Positions 59,501 to 64,000 of a stretch of 64,000 bases of DNA are shown here, piece by piece. The stretch is from the sequence record OR770614.1. The stretch is one strand, 5' to 3'. The number at the start of each line of letters is the position of its first letter. Positions within the stretch are counted from its first letter, which is position 1. The position numbers and the translations under genes are program-made. The notes under the pieces were generated by a model, which was not told the DNA's origin, did no database searches, and saw nothing but the letters and a program-made list of their open reading frames with translations.

Positions 59501-61849
59501 GCAGATTCTATTGAACTATCTGTTAATAAAATAAATAATTATCTTAATGCAGATAATACACTTATTAACTCTGATCTTAGAAATGGATGGGAAGGATGGA
59601 CAACAGTTGATGATGAAACGTCTAAAAATTTAAACTATGCTGAAGAAATAAATAGTGGTTATTGGATATTTACTAATTCAGGAGATGAAGTTGCGATAAC
59701 TGATAAAAATCTAACAGATAAAGATTATTTAACTTTAAGTGCAAATAATGAAGGATGGAAGCAGTGGCAACTTTCTGATGTTGATTATTCTGATGGTAAT
59801 GGAAGTCCTAAAATGTCTAAGATTAGTGCTGGAACATATACAATTAGCATGCAAATAAGAAAAGACGAAGGTAGTACAGGAAATTTCAACCCTTATATAA
59901 GAATAAATGGAGATTCTACTGTAGACCCAATAAAACTAGATATTGATGTCGATTCTGAAATTGATACTGATTGGAAGGAATTTACTGTAACAGGAAATAT
60001 AAGTTCTAGTGATCTAAAAAATAAGTATCGTATAAGACTTATTTTAGTATATACAACTGGTTCGGTAGGTAAAGTTTATGTAAGAAATGTAAGATTAGAT
60101 AAATCAAATTACCCTCAAAATCCTAGATTCTCAATAGCTCCCGAAGAAGATATGACATTTAATATCGATAACAACTTAGCTCTGGGGTCAGTTTATCGTT
60201 TAAACAATGTATCCAGAGGAACTTATAAAAGAATGACTCTTTTATTAAATGGATATTTAAAAAAGAATACTAAATATAAAGTTGCATTTGATTATAATAT
60301 ACAATCTGGAAAGAATAGTGAAGGTTTAATTTCATTATATCCATATAGATATCCTTATAAAGGTTCAGGGTACTCAACTGATGTGGATACATTACCTGAA
60401 ATTAGTTCAGTTAATAGATTAGATTATCCTGTTAGTGCGAATAAAAGAAACGTAATAGAGATTACTACTCCTAATGAAGATAAAATTAATCAGCTATTAT
60501 TTTATGGTGCAAAAGCAGGAACTACAGATAATTCTGAGATTGTGACTTCCTTTGAAAATATAGTTGTTAAAGAATCTAAAGATGTTTCTAATGATAGTGA
60601 TATGTCATATAATGCAAATGAAGTGAAAAATGTATTTAAGTATAAACAGAATACATTCGGCTCTAGGTGGCCTGCAATTACTTCTAGTTATATGCCGGTA
60701 GGACAAGATGGACAGTTTAACATTGGTGACTATGTAACAGGTTCTGTTTATATATACATTCCTGCAACTGCTAGAAAATATCTTAGTTATAAAATATATT
60801 TTGAAGTCGCTACTTACGAAAATACATCACAGACAGGAAATCCTAAATTTGGAGTTGTTGAAATACCTGCCAGTGAATTTGTTTTTGGCGAGTGGAAACG
60901 TTATAGTTTTACCGCCAAAATACCTAGAACTTCTGATAACGGACAAACTAATTATTTAAGATTCTTATTGCGTTATAATAATTATGACAAAGCTGATGTA
61001 TATAATGATGGAACTGTATTCTATTATGCAATTCCAAAATTAGAAAAAGGGGATCAATTAAAACCTTGGACACCATCACCTTTAGATAAATATAGTACTC
61101 AATCAATGTCTAGTAAAATTGCAATGAATTCTGAAGCTATTAAAATGATATCTAGGAATATAGATTTAAATACGGATAAAGTTAGAATATATAATGATAA
61201 AGGTAATATGGTGTTTACTAATGATGTATTAAGAATATCAAAGACTGCTTTAGATACTGATAATTTTGTAGAGATCAATTCAAAAGGATTAAATATTAGA
61301 AAAAATGGCGTTGACCAAGCTGTAGATGGAAAGTTTAAAGGTGAGTCTAACGTTCAGCAAACTATACCTATGGGTAGAAGTTTTAATCCACCTGGTCCCA
61401 ATAAATTGGACGGTCTTTATCATGTACAAGAAATAGCAGGAGCATACTATCTTGATGCAGAAATGTATAGTTATGCTGCTAAGAAAAAGCATTTAACTGA
61501 AGGTGGAGGTGCTTATAATGCATTACTAGGTTCATTTTCATTTTATCATGATAAAAGATACTTAGTAATGAGTTTTACCTACGATACATCTAAAAATGCA
61601 AATTTATATGTTACAGTGGCTGCAGGAGTTGGATGGAAAACTGATTCAAAAACAGCTTTGTATTTTGATAAAAAATATACTTCAGAATCTAAAGGAATAA
61701 TCTCTGAATATATAGATTTAGGTACTCCTAATAACTATAATAAAACATTAGTAATACAATTAGGTATAACAGGAACCTCTAAAGAAGGCGAAGGTGGATC
61801 AATAACTATTAAACGTCTATCATTAAGTAACTTTAACTCCCCTTCATAA
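53504..61849 (+). CDS. giant tail fibre / receptor-binding protein with coiled coils and tandem carbohydrate-binding-type modules
   Basis: 2781 aa; repeated I(K/Q)(I/V)GG(N/R)NLL ... KLExGNxATDWxPAPED units typical of siphophage host-specificity proteins; TTG start; late motif at 53463. Confidence 0.8.
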   Translation: MISILDKERKRIEGKLVAETFENVISSEKLVYDFSKKTEIIDIEFKSKNYISENTHIIIKDESKNDSEFVCIEENGLKSSLIPAYVKDLNNVFMNSNEELNGQLKSVLSTLLLNTGYNIEYNDLVVDEEITLSKNNKSVFEKLLDIVFEKDLSIRHKYDINTNERTLIINKGKDLRKSNPKEVSGRIPGFEFNVDKSNIKTGLIMYNDNNESITVKDSLNQARFIKDENYIFDTMEVKGKTRDEMEEIASKYLNDSSLNAIDLKMTGLVLRNWTNCHYNKFISSQIFINYKNIKPELTAGFQIYKLERSLFDYNIEKFNFFAKHKDSNEVYKPEMLENYTKYANDNIFIKDNTSSKSNDVKLVESLVNKQLESFKNYINDISNNKNSGTDGSSVLQSNKELNFDAIISDFNLIKSQKDQVVNQLKSIFDSAYLKEDAIKIQVRDKIKEINNDFDKIKSEVNKLNRADQNESLMKDINKSFVGFYSVVNSTKSIIELSNEAINLEMNKLQNEYSHGIKDTVFSEIGRVLGLSYDSKTQKLTGNINVTEDINEVKTSLELMRVKVNRIENDLNDSDRGLKENLIRLTENLSNVLGLPINSESGLIDGAIDNQDTFDLIQKQIQKTKDEIAESKVNLENTKTELEKQQEELDQKSKDIDKAMAEANRVREDLGQELEVSQKEFNYYMDSRGDNLIFNGNADQGDESNFPGMYYDNSDAFQSAASFRIEGFNSIVSSERLIPINPEKTYKLSMFMKNNNSLPSSIGHLSYDKDGQLIESQHVMGSEKPVIELAQELRQGDKVIYFNSLDGLDDTYRFQSAPLDEEDDTPVYDYDRDGSVVLPSDADDILSIDDPNAIPDEEEDTIIYAEDTPEEDKTTEPDVPMPDSDEPVETNSTPVDEEEAIKNMTNNYNVSNAGIVNRNINPNLTDYNDNHSLVIWNFKSNDGYNYGESTYSRNVFMNGWDYGAIDRENNCIYLNRPFDLINYDSEDGGFPAGTKVSGTFTDSNVEWSLIKDEDIPNEDQDDDPEEFNGWYHRQSLITKENIRGTNGFLYGAFYMTLYFKVNQIEDSDVIEFEDGSSEPKFWLTNMEMYDVTGLESVKKTVIDTNELVATMMTKKEMDDYRKQVVEGFSEVSQTVDMIRQEVSKKIEDLDDKVMTDITSRIETIAGQIDLVSESQKVDKEELEKQIGQIKIETDKITSLVQRIDTAEDNYSDLSTKVEQLDSSYTITAEKVEKQGTDITDLSGKLTVANNAITQEVKDRKSAVDDAIESSKALVKVEADRITNLVSKQESTDDTISNLETSITAEIGKIENKVTNETSVEALSNKIKIGGNNLLVGTEKFDLPFNKTSFSRYGGIIKDGIGYSLDYNTESNRLAWSIFQNVDVIPNTDYVLSYNAHNKEGITQGIAYTPIMRLTDDGKIFDSLEYIITSDTYRETKEDIDNRYVVKFNTGKSRKIRIYFTSKDVDSLAYISKPQLELGNIATDWGLSKGDLEDRFNKAETRITQTEEDITLNATKLTETGNLIEKNYSELKVETDKISSIVSEQKILDDKISANTSSIKQLPNQITSQVSAVEKRVNENINNIQIGGRNLLLDSLNKTIFKPNNKGLGIPTKNSDNSWNLTPDSDKSISSYYFIRDSNSNDITSVEMKTNVWYTFSIDLILPKDLKVEIGINSDGISRPEGISSKYDYHNIKANERTRIGFTFKWIDKNIIENIPIIIRLNESNSIGIPIIYDKAKLEYGNKATDWSPAPEDIETRLVASETRITQTEKDISLNASSITTLDNKTTNQYSTLKVETDKISGIVSKQEEMDDKIATNTSSIKQLPNQITSQVSAVEKRVNENINNIQVGGRNLLENSLSWNKGFEDNSNGSYKYLWRIYIDELLNKVDIGDEISISFDLQMERGDVFRIYDSVVDPGMSIGSDTITNVGNKKFKYKYTSKITKTSGDNTRWAIYAYNNNNGDKFSIENIKIEKGNKATDWTPAPEDIETSISTVSSKIDQKADSIELSVNKINNYLNADNTLINSDLRNGWEGWTTVDDETSKNLNYAEEINSGYWIFTNSGDEVAITDKNLTDKDYLTLSANNEGWKQWQLSDVDYSDGNGSPKMSKISAGTYTISMQIRKDEGSTGNFNPYIRINGDSTVDPIKLDIDVDSEIDTDWKEFTVTGNISSSDLKNKYRIRLILVYTTGSVGKVYVRNVRLDKSNYPQNPRFSIAPEEDMTFNIDNNLALGSVYRLNNVSRGTYKRMTLLLNGYLKKNTKYKVAFDYNIQSGKNSEGLISLYPYRYPYKGSGYSTDVDTLPEISSVNRLDYPVSANKRNVIEITTPNEDKINQLLFYGAKAGTTDNSEIVTSFENIVVKESKDVSNDSDMSYNANEVKNVFKYKQNTFGSRWPAITSSYMPVGQDGQFNIGDYVTGSVYIYIPATARKYLSYKIYFEVATYENTSQTGNPKFGVVEIPASEFVFGEWKRYSFTAKIPRTSDNGQTNYLRFLLRYNNYDKADVYNDGTVFYYAIPKLEKGDQLKPWTPSPLDKYSTQSMSSKIAMNSEAIKMISRNIDLNTDKVRIYNDKGNMVFTNDVLRISKTALDTDNFVEINSKGLNIRKNGVDQAVDGKFKGESNVQQTIPMGRSFNPPGPNKLDGLYHVQEIAGAYYLDAEMYSYAAKKKHLTEGGGAYNALLGSFSFYHDKRYLVMSFTYDTSKNANLYVTVAAGVGWKTDSKTALYFDKKYTSESKGIISEYIDLGTPNNYNKTLVIQLGITGTSKEGEGGSITIKRLSLSNFNSPS
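57470..59470 (+). repeat. three tandem ~262-aa modules with near-identical linkers
   Basis: The linker NTSSIKQLPNQITSQVSAVEKRVNENINNIQ recurs at 58160 and 58946 (786-nt period). Confidence 0.85.
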
Positions 61850-61895
61850 AACATATTTATATAATTTATATAAATACGAAGGGAAGTTTTATTTT

Positions 61896-62255
61896 ATGAT
61901 AAAATCAAATGGTATTGTTCCTGTTTTTGATACAAAATATGATACGACTGGAAATTTAATTTCAGGGAGAATGTCTCTTGTTATTGATACGGATCAAATA
62001 GAGACAAATGGTGAATTTAATGAATATAAGGCAGGTCAAGTATTTTCTTCTGGTCCTTCTATAGTATTTATTATAGATAAGAATACTTATAATCAAATTG
62101 AAAAATTAAAAATTGCTTTTATAGATGGATTACCTAATCTAGTTGTAAAAGACGAAGAAGAATTTGAAGAAATTGAAGATCAAGAAACTCCTGAAGAAAA
62201 AGAAATTCGTGAATTACAAGAAAAATTAGCTGCTTTAATGGCTGGTAGAAAATAA
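61896..62255 (+). CDS. probable tail-fibre assembly chaperone
   Basis: 119 aa directly after the fibre gene; C-terminal EKEIRELQEKLAAL coiled coil. Confidence 0.5.
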   Translation: MIKSNGIVPVFDTKYDTTGNLISGRMSLVIDTDQIETNGEFNEYKAGQVFSSGPSIVFIIDKNTYNQIEKLKIAFIDGLPNLVVKDEEEFEEIEDQETPEEKEIRELQEKLAALMAGRK

Positions 62256-62274
62256 TTTAGGAGGAATTTTAATT

Positions 62275-62748
62275 ATGAATTTAACTAAAAAATCTTTTAT
62301 TGTAACATTCCATGCTACTTTAGTAGCTAAAGGTGTGTTAGAATTAGAAGAAGTATCTGAAGGTAATGAATTAAAATCATTAGTTGAAGAAGTTTTAAAT
62401 GAAGTTGGTTTTGGAGAAGTAACAGAATCATCTGAATCTTATGATCCTTATGATAGCAGTGGTCCTGTTAAAATGTATGGACCGGGAAGTAATGGAGTTT
62501 GGGTAACTTCATCTACTGAACAACCTTTAGAAAAACCTAATTATGAATACTCTGATGCTGAACCGGTTCCTTCAAAACCTGAAAATACACCTGTTGAAGC
62601 TGAGATCGATCCGATTGACGAAGAACATCGTGTAGAAGGTTTTAATGAAGATTCAGAAGTTCAAGGTATTGGTAGAGCTACTGAAGTTGAACCTCAAGAA
62701 GATTCTGAAAATGCAGATTCTGCTCGTGGAGGAATTTTACCTCAATAA
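62275..62748 (+). CDS. CD1375/XkdX-like N-terminus with an acidic extension
   Basis: ATLVAKGVLELEEV...LKSLVEEVL; AGGAGG RBS. Confidence 0.55.
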   Translation: MNLTKKSFIVTFHATLVAKGVLELEEVSEGNELKSLVEEVLNEVGFGEVTESSESYDPYDSSGPVKMYGPGSNGVWVTSSTEQPLEKPNYEYSDAEPVPSKPENTPVEAEIDPIDEEHRVEGFNEDSEVQGIGRATEVEPQEDSENADSARGGILPQ

Positions 62749-63039
62749 TAGAGTTCATTAAGTTAATAAAAATAGAACAAATATATATGAAAGTTATTTA
62801 CATAGTATTTAGCTTTCATACTAACTTTTTCTTTGTTCTTTTCTGAGTTGACTCTATAAAGCTTTATTCTTTTTCTATTAATTTTTGGCAAAGTCTTCAA
62901 AATGTCCTAACAATCTCAATGGTTGTTAGGACTATTTATTTGCAAGTAGATCAAATCTATCATAACTCTTGTTCATTCTATTGGAACAATGATTTATAAA
63001 TAAATTAATTAAATAGAAGAAAGGAAGGTAATTTATAAA

Positions 63040-63546
63040 ATGGAAAATAGTAAAAATAAAAATATTGTAGAAGATAAAAATGAAATTGACATTAATAATG
63101 ATACTAATGAAAATCTAATTGTAAAAATATACTACTATATTAAGCAATTTAAATTTTATTTAACGCCAATTTTCCTTTCTATTTACGCAATAATTTACGG
63201 TATCCAATTTGTTTTTAGAACTAGAGAAGCGTATAGGACATCTGAAATATATATTGCGTTATCAAAATTTATGGATTTGCAAATATACGGTGTATTTTTA
63301 TTAGTTTCGGGTTTTTGTATAGGTATTTCATTATTTTTAAATAAATATATAGGAAGACCTTTTTTAATTGTTGGTTCATTTATATCTTTTGTATTATTCT
63401 TCATATACGCATTTATATCTTTAGATACTGCAGGAATGCAATCTACTATGATTATTCGAATTGTATTTTCTTTTGTTAACTTATTCTTAGCAATATTTAC
63501 ATTTTTAGAAATGAAAGTTGAGAATATTATAGATGACCGAAAATAA
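63040..63546 (+). CDS. four-TM membrane protein, putative holin
   Basis: Four hydrophobic segments; follows the tail-fibre module; late motif at 62985. Confidence 0.55.
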   Translation: MENSKNKNIVEDKNEIDINNDTNENLIVKIYYYIKQFKFYLTPIFLSIYAIIYGIQFVFRTREAYRTSEIYIALSKFMDLQIYGVFLLVSGFCIGISLFLNKYIGRPFLIVGSFISFVLFFIYAFISLDTAGMQSTMIIRIVFSFVNLFLAIFTFLEMKVENIIDDRK

Positions 63547-64000
63547 ACATTTCCAAAATAACAAAAATATAACAGAATTAGACTTATATAAAGTTAATAA
63601 TTCTTTAAAAGAGGAAATAGAAGAAAAATTCGATAAAAAAATTGAAGATATAAAAACAGACAATGTTAAAACTAATAGTACTTTAGTGAGAGTTGAAGTA
63701 TTATTAGAAAATATGGGAAAAAATACAGAAGAGATTAGAAAAGAAATGAAAGAAGATCGTGCAGTCAGAAAATTAGAAGAAGAAGATAGAATTAGAAGGC
63801 ACAATGATTTAGAAAAACAAATAATGTCTGTCAAAGATGAATTGAATGATAATGTAGAGACTGTAGAGAGAAAACTTAGTGATGAAATCAAAGAAGTTAA
63901 ATTAGGATTAGATACAAAACTTAATATTGATGATTTCGAGACTAAATTTGATGATATAGAAAAAGCTGAAAATGATAGTGACAAAGAGACCAAAGCTTTT
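63533..64000 (+). CDS. coiled-coil protein, partial (runs off the window)
   Basis: Open frame from the ATG at 63533 (MTENKHFQNN...) to the window end; overlaps the upstream stop; not in the ORF track. Confidence 0.7.
   Translation, partial: MTENKHFQNNKNITELDLYKVNNSLKEEIEEKFDKKIEDIKTDNVKTNSTLVRVEVLLENMGKNTEEIRKEMKEDRAVRKLEEEDRIRRHNDLEKQIMSVKDELNDNVETVERKLSDEIKEVKLGLDTKLNIDDFETKFDDIEKAENDSDKETKAF

Noticed and set aside
63505-63993. 162-aa minus-strand ORF
   Set aside because: It is the shadow of the plus-strand coiled-coil ORF starting at 63533.
1-64000. tRNA, rRNA, integrase or transposase genes
   Set aside because: None were recognised by eye; a tRNAscan-SE run would be needed to exclude tRNAs formally.

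Overview
A very AT-rich 64-kb slice of a jumbo myophage of the AR9/PBS1-like lineage. The host is a Firmicute, probably Staphylococcus, inferred from the class Ib nrdHIEF operon, an M23 endopeptidase and an OatA-like domain. From left to right the window holds: small early genes with a Dda/RecD-like helicase and an HU-like protein; two ~1,900-aa paralogous tail-associated cell-wall hydrolases; tail tube and sheath; an isolated C-terminal piece of a multisubunit RNA polymerase beta' subunit; the class Ib ribonucleotide reductase operon; the packaging/head module (terminase, two HEXXH proteins, major capsid, prohead protease, neck); baseplate genes; and a siphophage-type 2,781-aa tail fibre module with probable lysis genes. 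The most striking feature is a family of six very compact group I introns: three in terL, two in the prohead protease and one in nrdE. Four are ORF-less and only 153-180 nt long, and the other two carry homing endonucleases in the P8 loop. One terL junction cannot be put in frame using the canonical splice sites. Other points of interest are a catalytically degenerate OatA-like SGNH domain in a virion lysin, a degenerate amidase, and a recurrent AACA-N6-TA late-promoter motif. All assignments come from reading motifs by eye; no searches were run.
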